64,000 bases of DNA, from positions 62,001 to 126,000 of the forward strand of contig CM030332.1 of NCBI GenBank assembly GCA_017654855.1, in the 5' to 3' direction. Each line of letters begins with the position of its first letter. The stretch's first letter is position 1. Below are positions 1 through 12,364 of the stretch, in pieces. The notes under the pieces are model-generated. The model did not search any database and was not told where the DNA came from. It saw only the letters and a list, made by a program, of their open reading frames with translations. Both the position numbers and the translations under genes were made by a program. Source of the DNA: Podospora anserina. Lineage: Eukaryota.

Positions 1-218
1 AAGCGCTCGTATCGGGCGTTGACGTCTTCCATGGATTCCCGCTTGCGCCTTTTGGAGCTGTGTGAGCTGTCTGAATCTGGCGTCCCTGGCGATGGCCTTT
101 TTCTTGATGACGACTGTGATGGCGGTGATGGAGTAGGTGATGATGATGACGCTGTGGCAGCCAAGGGCGGCGACATGGTGGGCCGCGATATCCGCAACTC
201 TCGCCGGCTGTGCGACAT
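1..218 (-). CDS. 5' end of a probable nuclear protein of unknown function (runs off the left edge)
   Basis: Minus frame is open from ATG 218 (alternative ATG 176) to the edge: MSHSRRELRISRPTMSPPLAATASSSSPTPSPPSQSSSRKRPSPGTPDSDSSHSSKRRKRESMEDVNARYER. Ser/Pro-rich with NLS-like RKR and KRRKR. Confidence 0.6.
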   Translation of the reverse strand, partial: MSHSRRELRISRPTMSPPLAATASSSSPTPSPPSQSSSRKRPSPGTPDSDSSHSSKRRKRESMEDVNARYER

Positions 219-373
219 GTTGAATTTTGAGGCCGACCACTGAACAGAGGATGGTTGGTTTGGTCCAAGAGCGCCAGCACTTTGATGACAGGGATGGTGC
301 GCGGTGTGGTGATTGATGGATTTGGCTTGTGGTTGCTGCTGTTTGATGCTGTGGTGAGTGAGTGGAATCAAGG

Positions 374-520
374 TCGCGCGATTGCGCGCCCTCACGTGCA
401 AAATTAATCGAGGCGCAGGCTCAGAGCCGCAGGCGCGTCACAGGCCACCAACAGAACCTGGCCCGTGCACCGTGCCTGGAAAAGTGGGACGGCTTCCGCT
501 CGACATCAGGACGCGTCGCG
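374..520. promoter_or_regulatory. Cluster of CGCG-core (MCB-like) elements upstream of the left-edge gene
   Basis: TCGCGCGA 374-381, GCGCGC 384-389, GCGCGT 433-438, and a perfect ACGCGT at 511-516 followed by CGCG. Confidence 0.4.
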
Positions 521-936
521 GTCTTTGAGCTCAGCTCCCCTACTAGCAAAACACGCAAAGCTGGCCAGTAGTGGTATATAAAATGACACCAGCCTGGAAG
601 CCTTTTTGGAACCATTTGTTCAGCGCCACGGAGTCAAATCTCAGACAACCACATCGCCAGCAAGTTCGGCATGAAGGATTGTTATGCGAGGTGTTGAAGG
701 AGCTCACAGAGCAGGTGTAAATTTTAAAAATGGTGATCTGTAGTCCAGCTCTCCGAATCATCCACAAGACCCATGGCAGAGAAGCGAGAATCTCATCTGT
801 GCTGCGGGTCTGTTCAGTTTTCGAGTCATCGTGGAGCCTGATGCAGCTGCAGCAACACGACCCGAAGGCATTTCCAAAGAGCTTGGAATTGACAAACCAA
901 TCATCGTCTATGAGCGTAGATACTACGGCTGTTAGA

Positions 937-2570
937 TCACAATCTAGCCCTAAGTGGCTCTTGTTTCACCTCCTCCTCTGCCCTTTCCCTCTCCTTCTCA
1001 AACCCCCTGAGTTTGTGAGCCACCATGCCCTTCCAAACTGTCAGCCACTCATCGCAAAATGCGGGCAGCATTCGGCCTGTTGTTCCCTCCTTGGGATCGC
1101 CCGCAATTTTTCTCAAAAACTCGAAAAAGTCTCTGTAATCCGGAGCAATGCTGTAATAGTCTTTGCCCCCTTTCTTGGCAGCCGCTCTCTTTGCTTCCCA
1201 GCGTTGTTGGTCAGCAACTGGTGGTAACGGCTGAGCACGACCAGCCAAGTGACGAGCCACGGCAACGGCTTGCCACTCATATACCTTGAATGTAAACCCT
1301 CCTCCAAGCTGGCTTTCAGTTAGTTACCACAGCGTAGGTAGAACAAAAGATTGACAACATACCATACCAACAAATGTGAGTGTTGGGTCGAGAATATCAA
1401 ACGTATGCTGATAAACGCCCGGAAGTCTCCTGTATGCTTTCTCCACTCTCTCCTGAACGACTGGTAGAAACGGAAAGCTGAACGTGTAGCCGGTAGCAAA
1501 GATGATATGGTCCACATCCTTGACTTTGGATCCGTCCGTGAAAAAGACTGTCCCTGTCGTCGGACACAGACTTGATATCTGCTTCTTGATCACAATGTGA
1601 GGGTGTATGAACGGCGTCCAGCCAAACGATGGGATCGGATCTCCTCTGATGGAAGAAATGAGGGGCTTTTGGGCAAAAGGAAGGATTTCATGCACGATTT
1701 CATGAGCGGAAACTGACCCACCCACAACAATCACTTTCTATGTCTTGTTAGCATCAAGCAATCAATAAAAAAAAAGAACTTACTTTTCCCTTGTACTTTT
1801 CCCCGTTCCTAAAATGTTTGCTATGCTGGATTCTCCCCGGCCAGCGTTTGTCAAATTCAATCAATCCTTCCGTCTCTGGAATCCAAGGGACATTATAATG
1901 TCCACTTGCCACGACCAACCCGTCAAACCTCTCCTGCCACCAATAGTCCTTGTCTTCTTGCCCGTCTTTCCGAAGAGTCAGCACCCACTCCCCGTCGACC
2001 TTCTCCGCCCTCTCCACCGTAGTGTTCAAGCTCAAGTGCTTGTCACTCCCTCCCCGGGTGAAGATATCTTCTATCCACGTTCGAATCACCTCACGATGCC
2101 GGAACGGGGCGTCCAAACCGTATCTCTGCACGCTTCTACCGCTGAACGTCCAAGGCAGCGGCTCTTGCGTATAGCCCATTATGTCTGGGTGAATGTTACT
2201 GTGCAGGTGCTCATGCTGGGCTGAGTCGCTAAACCTCAGTTGGTGTGAGTTTACTTGCTCGCTCTTTGGCGTTTCGGTGGGGAATTGCTCCGGCACCGGC
2301 ACGGCAACATCTGCCTTTCCCGCCAACAACAACGGAAGAGAGGGGATGGCGGCCGGGAGATGAGGTGTGTAGACCCTGTGCTCTATTGTCAATACACCTA
2401 GATTAAAATCTGTCCGAGACGACATACCATGTACCCCCAATTATGGGTTTCCTATCAAACACTCTGACCACATCAAAAGCCTGTTCTTTGGCAAGAGCAT
2501 CTGTAGCAATAGCACCAGCTGGGCCAGCACCAATCACAGCTACCCTGCGGACTTGAGGGACTGTGGCCAT
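937..2570 (-). CDS. Flavin-containing monooxygenase (FMO, thiol-specific monooxygenase-like)
   Basis: Exons 2570-2428, 2375-1784, 1737-1363, 1308-937 with GT-AG introns. Motifs: FAD GAGPAG, VASGHY, FMO-like WPGRIQHSKHF, NADPH GGSVSA, FATGY. Confidence 0.9.
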
Positions 2571-3058
2571 GATTTTACACACACAACAAACTAAGACGAG
2601 ATGCACAAACTCGAGATTAACAGCCTGAGAATGCTCAAGTCCTCACCGTTTATATGCCCCGCAGGATGGCGCCTTGCTGGCTCGGCATCACGCAAACACA
2701 TCTTGCAGATGCTCCCATCTCCACAGTTACACCATCACAAGCTGCAGTGACGAAAATCTTGGATCCGTTATCCCCGTGTATCCTGTGAGAAAGATGTATT
2801 GGCCCAGTAGTAAAATATGCCTGCCAGCGTGTGCTCGTGTGTGTATATATGAATCCCATGCTCTTTTAGATGTTGCCTTGAAATAAATGTCCTGCCGATC
2901 TTCCTTGCCTGCCCATGGTTCGATCTGATCCTGAAATAGCCCAAAACTCCAAAAACTCCGTCGCTTAGTATTCTTTTCAGCCTATCCGTGACCCAGACAC
3001 CGTAAAAAAGCAAAAAAAGTACGTGATCCTGTTGGTGGTACATGATTAACCTCCTCAC

Positions 3059-5982
3059 TCAAGCGCCGCCTCCTCCACCGCCTCCCGGCACACCGGTGCC
3101 GTCGTGGAATAATAACAGTGGCCATTGCGCACCGGAATGGGCGTTGGCAACGTTTCCAACACCCATGGCGTCGGCCTGCGTTGGTACACCCTCGACAACG
3201 TGGCCCAGCTGGACATCACCTGGCCTGCCTGACCCTAGAGTAAGCAACGCACTCGCGCTGAAGCGCTCCTGGCTGTTGTTCCCGGCGGCGCCCGCGATGG
3301 CGGCAGTCCAGTCTTGCCATGTGTTTGCCGCGTTGTGCGCCATCATTTGTGCAGCAGCCGATGCTTGGGCTTGGGGACGCCAGTCGTCTGTTGACTGTCC
3401 GGCAACATGTTGTGTTGCCTGTGATGCGAATGCAATCAGTGGGTTGGTTGGCTCGACAGGCGTAGAACCGTTGGGGGAGACGCTTGCCGCTGTTGCTGCC
3501 GACGCAGCCGCATAGAGGTACGACGCGCCATCCGCCGAGTCGAACGTTGCAGCACCGCCGTTTTGCTGTTCAGCACCTTGGTCCGCGTACGTCAGGGCCG
3601 GATACAGCGTGCTGGAGCTGGGTACGGGACCCGAATCGTAGTAGCCGTTTCCGTTGATGGGAGCGGGCTGTTGGTCTGGTTGTGTCCCTCCGCTGGCGAC
3701 GGCCGATAAGCCATGACTGGGGTCCTGTTGAGACTTCAAGCTGTGTGGCTGGATGTCCTGCGAGGAGGCATCCTTACGGGCCATGTCCTGCTCGATCCAG
3801 CCCAGAGTGCGTTCGATGATGACCCCAACTTCGGTAGCCAGACGGTTCCCTGTACCTACGTTCGTGTTAGCCAACGTCGACCAACAATAAACAGACAAAA
3901 GCTTACCAAGCAAACGCCCAATCTCCCCAATGATGGCCAGCCATGTGGCCATATCCTCACGGGTACTGGCAACCTCCAAGACCGTCGTCTCAAACCGCCG
4001 CTCCCACTGCGCAACAAGCTGCGTGAAGATGGCGGCCACGTACACGGCCAGCTGATACCACGTCGTATCGAGGGACTTTAGCGTGTGCAACGTCGACACC
4101 ACCTTGAGCAGCTTCTTTGCGGTCTCTTCGCATATCCTGGTATTTTCCGCACAAAACTTGGGATCGTCCGTCATACAGACTGAAGGATGTCTCAGACACA
4201 AGGTAAACTCGAGACAAAACGCCTGTGTATAAAGCGCAAAAACCTTTGCTTCAGGTTTGGTCGTTTCTACGTTGAGCTCCTCGGGAAGATTGTCGAGCAT
4301 GTTGCGCATTCCATCCTCCAATTCTCGGACCACGTCGACGTACGTGCTTGGGTCCCGCCGCGCACCATACAGTTTGGAAAACATTTCGATCAGCAAAGGC
4401 GTCACTTTGAATCCCATCAGACCAACTTGGTAGTTGCAATGTCCAACTTTGGACTCGTCCAGCACCCCCTCTTCTCCCAGAAACTCATCCGGAATCGCAA
4501 TGGGGAATTCCACGTCGAACTCTTGGATAGACAGGGGCATCGGCCGGCCGAGTCGACCGTTGATGGTGCTATACAAGGCCAGAATGGCCCACCACACGCG
4601 TTTCCGCGTTTCGTTTTCCAACGTTGTGCCACCGCCGGGAATCTTGATCGCACGATGCAGATTCAGCTCGATTGCCTTCATAAAGGCAAAACTGGCCAGC
4701 GTCAGAGCACAGCCGGGCTTGGGGAAGTTTCGAGTGTGCGACATCATCATGGCGAGAGCTTGGACGGCCGTGACAGACTGGGTTGTGGCGAGATCATAGA
4801 ACTTGCTGAGGCACCAGTGGTAGTGCTTGTTGGACAGGTCGTTGAGCTGAACGTACTGCTCCGGCTTTTCTCTGTTTCGAACACCATACTGGAAATAGAT
4901 GGTAGCAAACACCATGTGGGTAATGACCAGTTCCGGGACTGAAGGTTTGAAGTTTGGTTCATCGTAAATGCGCCTCAACTGGTGTCCCGGCATAGTTAGT
5001 CCAACTCTCGCTTTACACAGGGGAGACGACCTACCAGCTGGAGAAAGGAAGGCTTGTGCAAGATGGGAAGAAACGGTGACAGGGTCAGAAAGTACCACTC
5101 GGCATAGGTGAAGGCGTCATGTCGAGAAGGCAATTCAACGTTGGGCGGGGCGGGATGGATGTTGAGCGAGGTCTGGAAGAAGGCCTGGACAGATTTGTTG
5201 TACAGGGGCGTGCCAAAAGTCGTGCCCGCCGGCGGTTCGTCCATGTCTGGGCCGTCAAACGAGGCTGTAATATCGAGAGTTGTGCCCAGGATGGACAATG
5301 TAGTTCCCTTGATGGAGCTCAGCGGCTCCTTGTCCGAAGACACGCCGAGATGGTTATTGGCAGGCCTCGCTTCGATCAGGGGATATCGCGTGCTCGAGCT
5401 GCGCTCCGATGGCGGTTTTTGCCGGCCTCCCTTCACCCACACCAAGCCGACCTGAGACCACGAGTCCTTGAGAGGGTTGCCCACGGCGTCAAAAACCATA
5501 CCTTCGGGGTAGGTGTTGTTGTACCCAGGGAACTGCCACGGCCTGACCTCGACGCCATTGTTCTCCAACAGTTTTTCCAGCGACCGTATGTGAGCCAGCA
5601 TGGCACCCTTTTCACGCTCTAACTGTTGCAAGTATCCTCGACGCTCGGTGCGCCCCGTGACTCGGTCGGTGACATAGCATTCGAGATTCTGGTTGGTACA
5701 ATGGGAGCATCCTTCGGGGAGCGCATCGCAGCGAATCTTTCTAACCTAACAGCCGATTAGTTTGGGTCAAACACACCAGAGAAGAAAAGAGCATACCTTG
5801 CACCTGTCGCAAGCCTGGCCTGTCCGGGTGTACGATTGCAGCTTGGACTTGACAACGCTGGAAAAGTCCTCGGGACCGCGTTCGAGACGCGGCAGCTTCA
5901 CCTTGGTGGAAGCGCCGTCGCCTTGGTCAGAACCGGTGGAGTCACTGGCCCGCTTCAAGGTGTTTGGGCGGCCTGGAGGCAT
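3059..5982 (-). CDS. Zn(II)2Cys6 transcription factor with fungal-specific TF domain (Acu-15/FacB/Cat8-like architecture)
   Basis: Spliced N-terminus ACDRCKVRKIRCDALPEGCSHCTNQNLEC. Introns 5746-5796, 4979-5034, 3856-3906. Middle homology region ELNLHR...RKRVWW...GRP. Confidence 0.9.
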
Positions 5983-6743
5983 AGTGATTGGATCTGTATT
6001 GCGCCGCTATTTTGGCGACAGACACTCTGAGGTGTCCTGATTTGCGAGGCTGCCCTGGTGGTTTTCTGTGCCGCGCCACCTCAGCGACGGGCGGCGATGG
6101 GATGGATGCGGCGACCCGACGCCTTCTGGTTCCTATGTCGTCCTGGGTCGTATGCGCCTCCGAGTTGGGGAGAGATGGAGAGTGTGTTACAGGTCGATGG
6201 TGGAATGGCTGGTGTCCCAGCGGGTTTTGCCGGTGTCAATTGGAAGCTGGGAAGGAGAATGCCTGGCGATGGCATGACCCTGTCTGAACGTCGCGTCCAG
6301 ACCCCCGGGATTGGCAGCAGCTCCTGCCGCCAGGCGTTGTCAAGGAGGGCCATCACACTGCATCCGGCGAAAAGTGGGCCTTGGCAATATTACAAGCGTA
6401 ACGGGAAGGTCCCTTGTCTCTGCTTCATCTCAGCGCGGGATGTCGATGATAATGACATGTAGATTTGCTCCTTGCGCATGGTAAAGAAAGGAGATGTCAT
6501 GAGTCCTAGGACAAGCTTTGAGATATGAAATCGGTCATGCAGGATTGACATTGTCTACGGTAGTGCATGTGAGGCGACATGTTAGCGGTATCGAAAATAC
6601 ATGGAGTGGTACCGGCCCCACTTACATTTCTCGGTGATCAAAGCTTGGTGCCCCGCGCTCTGCCCCTCCAAAGTTTCCTGCACCTACATTGACTTTGAGA
6701 TTGACAATCCGACAAAAGAACAACCACTAGCATCACCAAATCC

Positions 6744-7485
6744 ATGAGCAAAAGACCAGCGTCCAGCGAGACCTCCGACCTCTCAACCACCTCGAAACGT
6801 CCCAAACCCCCTTCCAACATCACCATGTCCCTCGAGCGCATCCCCCTCGAACATATTCCCCCAAACTACAGGGTATACGGAGCTCTGTTTCGCGACGTAT
6901 CCAACGCTCCCTTTCTCCAAACTCAGCTGATTTCCCGAAACCCCGAATTCGAATACGCCTTTATAGATGCTTCTACCATTGTCTCGCGCGCCCATCTCCT
7001 CGCAGCTGTCTGGAACGCAGTCTATAGCTCGGTGGAAGGAAACTTGAGGACGCCAAATGTGCACTCCGAAGTGGTGGCTTCCCTGAATATCAACAACAAT
7101 GTGCGATCTGCTCGGAGTTATGCGTACCGGGGCTGCAGGCTAACGCCACAAACAGATTGCCGACGGGTACAGACGATGGGGTATAACGTCTGACAAGACC
7201 AAGGACTTGGTCGTGGTCAAGATTCTTTCCTCGCCCGAACCGCTACCACAGGCCGAGCAAGAAAATGAAGCCGAGGAAGTCTTGTCACATCTAACATCGC
7301 AGATAGAGGGACGACTGGTAAGATTAACAGACCAGGAGATCGCAGAAGTCACGGACTGGCAAAAAGTCAGGAAATACTACAAGCTGAATGGAGTTCCAGT
7401 CTTGGACCAGACAAAAGATGAGGCGGTAAAAAAGAAAAAGATGGAGAGCATGGCCATCATGGGCATGGCGCTGAGGGGACTGTAG
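6744..7485 (+). CDS. CGI121: EKC/KEOPS complex subunit Cgi121 (TPRKB)
   Basis: Intron 7101-7155. Motifs FIDAS, LRTPNVHSEVVASLNINNNIADGYRRWGI, KVRKYYKL. The start may instead be the second ATG at 6825. Confidence 0.88.
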
Positions 7486-7585
7486 GAAAAAGAGAAATGA
7501 TACCCAGTCGTTTAGCAGTCATGATCATTATCTCGCTATCTCATCTCAGTCTAGGTCATGTTTGGGTCTTGGTTGAATCAAGAAC

Positions 7586-9139
7586 TCAGGCCAATCCAAA
7601 CAACGACTTGAGCCTCCTCAAGACCTCGGCCCTCATGGCGTCTCTCGACCCAACTGTGCGCTGCACCGCATCTCTGTTCTCGTACGCTCGCCTCAGCAGG
7701 TACTTCATGCACTCTCCTGTTGAACCCCACACCAAGTACTTGTACGCCTTGGCCTTTTCCTGCTTCTCAGTCGCTTCTTGTTGGTTAAACGCAACGAGCT
7801 CACAACTGACCTCATCCGCCATCCCCTGCAGCTGCGCAAATGCTACATCGTTGGTCTTGCTCTCGTGCTGCAGTATTCTCTTTGCCCTGACCACGGAATC
7901 TCTGTTGTGGGTAGCCACTACCATGGACACGTCTGGAAACTGACCCTCTCCCTTCAACGGCCCGACTTGCCAATCCCTTTTGAGCAGCGCCTCCGCAATA
8001 CCGTCGTATGCCTTGTCTGTGTCCTCCTTAGTGTCGTGCATCAGCTGCCTTGGGTCGCTCCCCAGGTACGCGCCTCTGACCAGTTTGATGCCCAGTACGA
8101 ACCCCTTCTTCTTGGCTTCCTGTAGATGTTGGCTCAACGTTTCGGGAGTCGACTTGAGATAAGCCTGATATGTCCCATACACCACCGGCTGGGTTCTGTT
8201 GTACCTCTCCATAAACTCCACCGTCCACTTGTCAATTCCGCCCTGCACGGCAGCTTGCTCAGCGTCGAATAGCAACCTGACACCCCTTGACTGGGCCAAT
8301 ACACATATGCTCTCGATCGCCTTTTTCAGCTGTGGTGAGGGATCCGCCCCCTGCCGTAGACACTGCAATGCCAGCACGCCCGCCCCGGTAAACTTGAGGG
8401 CCACATAATCCCCCCTGTTGGCCAGTAGCACGGTCATGAGCGTCCCCTGAGCCCAGCTGTCAATCTCCTCCATGTCGACCTTGGTCTCTTCCGCAACATG
8501 CTTTGGCAAAGAACCCGTTCCCTCCTGTCCATGCGGGGCGACGACCTCTTTGGCATAGCCCAAAATCACCCCTTCAAACCCCACGTCTTTGAGGCCCTTG
8601 ATCGTCCTGGCTACCTCGGCAGGCTGCTCGCCGGCGCAGAATTGGGCATAAAACGTCTTCTTCAGCAGAGCTCGCAACAGTGGGTTCGAGTCAGGGTTGA
8701 GAACTGGGTTGGTTGTATGGGCCAGCATGGACATGATGGCCAGTGAGGGAGGTAAGAGGAATGGCGACGAGGATATCGTGGCCGTCATCCATGACCTGAG
8801 CACGGTGACCAGAGGTAGGACTGAGAGAGGCGCCGGTTTTGGTGGCCCCATACCGGCGCCTTGTGGTTGGTGGTGATGCTGATGATTGGGGAGCAGTGAC
8901 GGCGATGGTACTCCTGATAGTGTCAGGTTGCTGGATGGTGACGACTGTGTAGAGGAGGAGTGTAGTGATCGAGTTGATGTGGATGATGACTCTCTGGAAG
9001 GAATTAGTATGATGTTGTGGCGGCCGCACCGCACAAGGAAACCTGCTTGTCCGCTGGAGTTGATTGCAGCGATCGCCCGTCTCTTGGACATGCTCCGGGG
9101 CAGAAGCATGCCAGGCAAAGGCCTGGGGAGCGATGCCAT
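7586..9139 (-). CDS. PUT1: Proline dehydrogenase (proline oxidase), mitochondrial
   Basis: Single ORF with TFYAQFCAGE, LLFDAEQ, TYQAYL, GIKLVRGAY, VATHN, FAQLQGMAD, YLLRRAYEN. Arg/Ser-rich N-terminal presequence. Confidence 0.93.
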   Translation of the reverse strand: MASLPRPLPGMLLPRSMSKRRAIAAINSSGQAGFLVRCGRHNIILIPSRESSSTSTRSLHSSSTQSSPSSNLTLSGVPSPSLLPNHQHHHQPQGAGMGPPKPAPLSVLPLVTVLRSWMTATISSSPFLLPPSLAIMSMLAHTTNPVLNPDSNPLLRALLKKTFYAQFCAGEQPAEVARTIKGLKDVGFEGVILGYAKEVVAPHGQEGTGSLPKHVAEETKVDMEEIDSWAQGTLMTVLLANRGDYVALKFTGAGVLALQCLRQGADPSPQLKKAIESICVLAQSRGVRLLFDAEQAAVQGGIDKWTVEFMERYNRTQPVVYGTYQAYLKSTPETLSQHLQEAKKKGFVLGIKLVRGAYLGSDPRQLMHDTKEDTDKAYDGIAEALLKRDWQVGPLKGEGQFPDVSMVVATHNRDSVVRAKRILQHESKTNDVAFAQLQGMADEVSCELVAFNQQEATEKQEKAKAYKYLVWGSTGECMKYLLRRAYENRDAVQRTVGSRDAMRAEVLRRLKSLFGLA

Positions 9140-10039
9140 GGTCACCGGCCTGCTAAGAGATGCTCTGGCTGAGAGGTCGCGAGCAAGATGGTCTCAATGA
9201 CGCAGGCAGCAAAAGGCACCAGCAAGTTGAGATGAAATCCAAAGTCAATTGATGGCCAGGTTACGCTACGTCCACCTTATATCAGAGACAAGCTCCCCGG
9301 TATCGCACATGCAGTGACGCAGTCCGACCAGGTTTCCATTGAGTTTTGATAGTGGTTCATTCCAGAGCCGACCAATCCCCTCTGATACCCCTCGAAGCTG
9401 CTGCACTCGCTGATTTGCCGTTGGATCTCGGACGCCTCCTTTGTCAAGCTTTCCGTTCGCTGCAGGCCATGATGTTATCGTCGGTCCCTTATCAACCGGC
9501 GGCCCCCCACACCCCCTGCCAAAGGCCGCCGGTAGCCGCAAATGCGGGCGAGTGTGGAGAAAGGGACCACTGCCGTCATCGACGAATTGGCCCCGCCCCT
9601 CTGCTCCCACGCGGGTCTCGATTCATTCCAGTCGAGCTGCCAGTCCTGCCAAGCTCCCTAGCGCTCCTGAATGCCCCTGTGAACAGCTTTCCATGGCCCC
9701 TGGACAGTCCCGACTCCTTCACCGCGGACGTCGCAAGCAGCGCCATCCCCATGACAAAGCCCACGCCAGCGGCTTCGGAGAGCGGTTGCTATCGGCGCTC
9801 ATAGAAAGACGTCAATTCCAATTATCCGATCCAGCGACCAGCCGCGCCAATTGAGGAGGCTGACTGGGTCATGTGGTTTCGTGGTGCGCCGTGGCCATGC
9901 AGCCGGGTGATCCCTTCCCCGACAAGGGCTGGAGCGGAAGTACCCTTCTCGTGGTGTGTTGGAGCTTGCCGCCCCTCCCTGGTGCGAACAACGATATAAA
10001 GGAGGCTGGCAACCAACACTGTGGCGGATATAAGAGTGC

Positions 10040-10772
10040 TCATGCCTTTTGCTTCAAGGTCCTGATCTTGCGCTTGATATACTCGACGTATTGCAGACGC
10101 CGGCCCCTCTTGGCCGCCAGGATGTCTTGTATTCCGCCGTAGAGGGTACCGACCACGAGGGCTGTCTTGGTGGTTCGGGCTGCGAGGGGCAATGAGTAAC
10201 GGTCTGCAGCAGTCTGTTAGTATTTTGCCGTAGGCTTTCGGTATTCAAGAAAACATACTCCAGAGGCTAAAGACTCCAGCACAAGTCACCATGGACGTCA
10301 CAGTGTTGAACAGATCGGCAGTGCCGCGATACTCGTCAAACATGTGCTCAATGGAAAACACAGCCGTGGTCCAGACACCAATCTTGGTTCCCATCTTTAG
10401 CCCCTCACGTAGGCCTCCGCGGGCTGCGATGTAATTCTTGCTCTTGTGGTACAGGTACCAGCCGGTGGCGGTCGAGGGCAGCTTGTGGGCGTGCTCGGCG
10501 CGGAACTGGAGACTGGCGATCTTGCTGCCGTGCCCTGCTCCGACAAGGAAGCCAGTGCCAAAAGACAGCATTGTGGCGAGCGGCAGTCGAATCATAGGGG
10601 GCATCGACAAGCGCGAAGAAATGTAGAATGCCTCGATTTCTTCTTTGCTGGGCTTTTGATAGCCGACCGGGACATCGTCTTGCTGGGGCGGGGTTGGGAT
10701 TTGAGCTGCTGGGGCAGACGCCGGATGAGTAGCCATGGTGAATATATCTTTGGACTCGTGTCCCGTCAGCAT
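10040..10772 (-). CDS. Conserved fungal membrane protein, Tim17/22/23-like GxxxG helices
   Basis: Intron 10204-10258 joins ...VFSLW to NRYSLPLAARTTK..., stop TGA 10040-10042. Contains FRAEHAHKLP..GWYLYHKSKNY and Gly-rich hydrophobic segments. Start is ATG 10772 or 10736. Confidence 0.7.
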
Positions 10773-11046
10773 GTGCTTGGCCGTGATGTTGGAGAAGGAG
10801 AATGCTTCAACGAGGAAAGGCAATGGTTAAACTGAGCGGACGAGACAGCTGCTGCACCGTCGATCTGCCTGGTGATTGGATTGAAAATGGAAAATGCAGA
10901 GGTCAAAGCTCCCTGCCCCACCTTCTGTTTGTCGCCAGGATCAGGCAGCTTGGCAACCTGCCCCACACAAGCTCTCACCACACCTTTACACCCAAGACAT
11001 CAAGATAGTACAAGCTCATCGTTTTTAAATACAGATCACTGTCAAG

Positions 11047-11531
11047 ATGGTATGTGGTTCTTATAGTGATGTTGCTATGTTGTGAAGCTGATAGAGTGAC
11101 AGCCTCCACGTTCTGCCGCGGTCATTGACGACTCGTCTACTGCTCTTACAATCATACTCAAGCACGGCATTACCAGCGTCTTCCTCTTTGCGTCTCCGTC
11201 ATGGACCTTTGAGAAGCTCTCCGCAAATCTTCTTGAGGTCTTGCGTGACCGCTACCCAGAGGGCGTGCCCAAATCTACCGAGAAAGAATCCACCATTACG
11301 CCCATTCCAACTGAAGACGCCGACGTCAGAGTCGTGTTTGGCACGCCCAGAGATGCCGACGACTACACCAGGGGGTTCAAGAAGTTTGACGTGAGCCCGG
11401 AGGATACTTTGGGCAAGAAGGGGTTGAAGAAGGTTAGCACTCTTGCGTTTGCGCTGCTGGAACCAGACCAGGATGAGGACGAGCCAGTCAAGTTTGAGGT
11501 CGCCTTCCCAATCAACGATGTCGAGGCCTAA
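11047..11531 (+). CDS. Small hypothetical protein (about 143 aa)
   Basis: ATG-only first exon 11047-11049, intron 11050-11103 (GTATGT...ACAG), then an open frame PPRSAAVIDD...TIILKHGITSVFLF...EVLRDRYPEG...AFPINDVEA*. Confidence 0.75.
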
Positions 11532-11828
11532 ACATTCCTGGCGTGCACAAAGGAGGGTAGTTCTGGGTCTAAAGGAGCATCATATGCGAGTTTGGCGTTC
11601 TCTTAGCTGGTGTTGGGGCTGCAATTGCATTGATATCATGGTGTTTGGTGTTTCTTAGCCCAGGGAGCAAATGACAGTAAATCATTATTCCGTCGTTGGC
11701 ACGGCTGTTGCCGAATGCCACAAGAGCGCCCTTTCATCTCAATGCTATGTGCAAAATAATACCGGATGGATCGCATCTGGGTTAGTCCACTTGTGGATGA
11801 TGAAGATGAGCAAAATAGCAAAAGGTTG

Positions 11829-11920
11829 AGGTCGTGCCCGGGTTCGAACCGGGGTTACTGGAAGGTTTGAATGGGAAATGTCATCAAAATCCAGAGTGAT
11901 AACCACTACACTACACAACC
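11829..11920 (-). tRNA. tRNA-Gln(TTG) with 20-nt intron
   Basis: Acceptor stem GGTTGTG/CACGACC, D-arm AGTGGTT, anticodon stem CTGGA/TCCAG with TTG, intron 11864-11883 one base after the anticodon, T-loop GGTTCGAACCC, and a TTTT Pol III terminator at 11820-11823. Confidence 0.95.
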
Positions 11921-12364
11921 TTAGATGATTTTGACTGTCAGACTTTGGCATTATTATTGGCAATCGTTCCTATTTAACACACGATATCCACGGCACCAGG
12001 AGCTCAGTGTGTCCTAGGTAATGTATCTTTGGATTTCTGTCATTTGATTGATGCCAAAAAATAATCGAGCCAAAGATCAAAATGACCTCAGGGTGCAGAG
12101 GGTCTCGGTGCTAAAATTAGCTGGTCTTGGCCCACTCTTCCAGGGGTCCGGTCTGTTTCTCGCGGGCGTCATTGGCACCTAGCTCCGCTCTCGGCAGGCA
12201 CGGCGTCCACCTGCTCTACACGACAAACATTTATCAACCAACAACTGGAAACGAGGCACGAGCAAAAGGGCCACATTACCGTTGGTGTCGCAGTCTGCAA
12301 CTATTCACAATGCCATCATAGCTTTTCGTTGCGTGCGCAACAGTAGGATCAGTCACCGTTGAAG

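Noticed and set aside
6081-6356. 91-aa ORF upstream of the Zn2Cys6 gene
   Set aside because: No splice link or motif; it could be a uORF, but the TSS is unknown.
12085-12094. ACCTCAGGGT as a zinc-responsive element
   Set aside because: Contains a CARGGT core but does not fit the full Zap1/ZafA consensus; a single short match.
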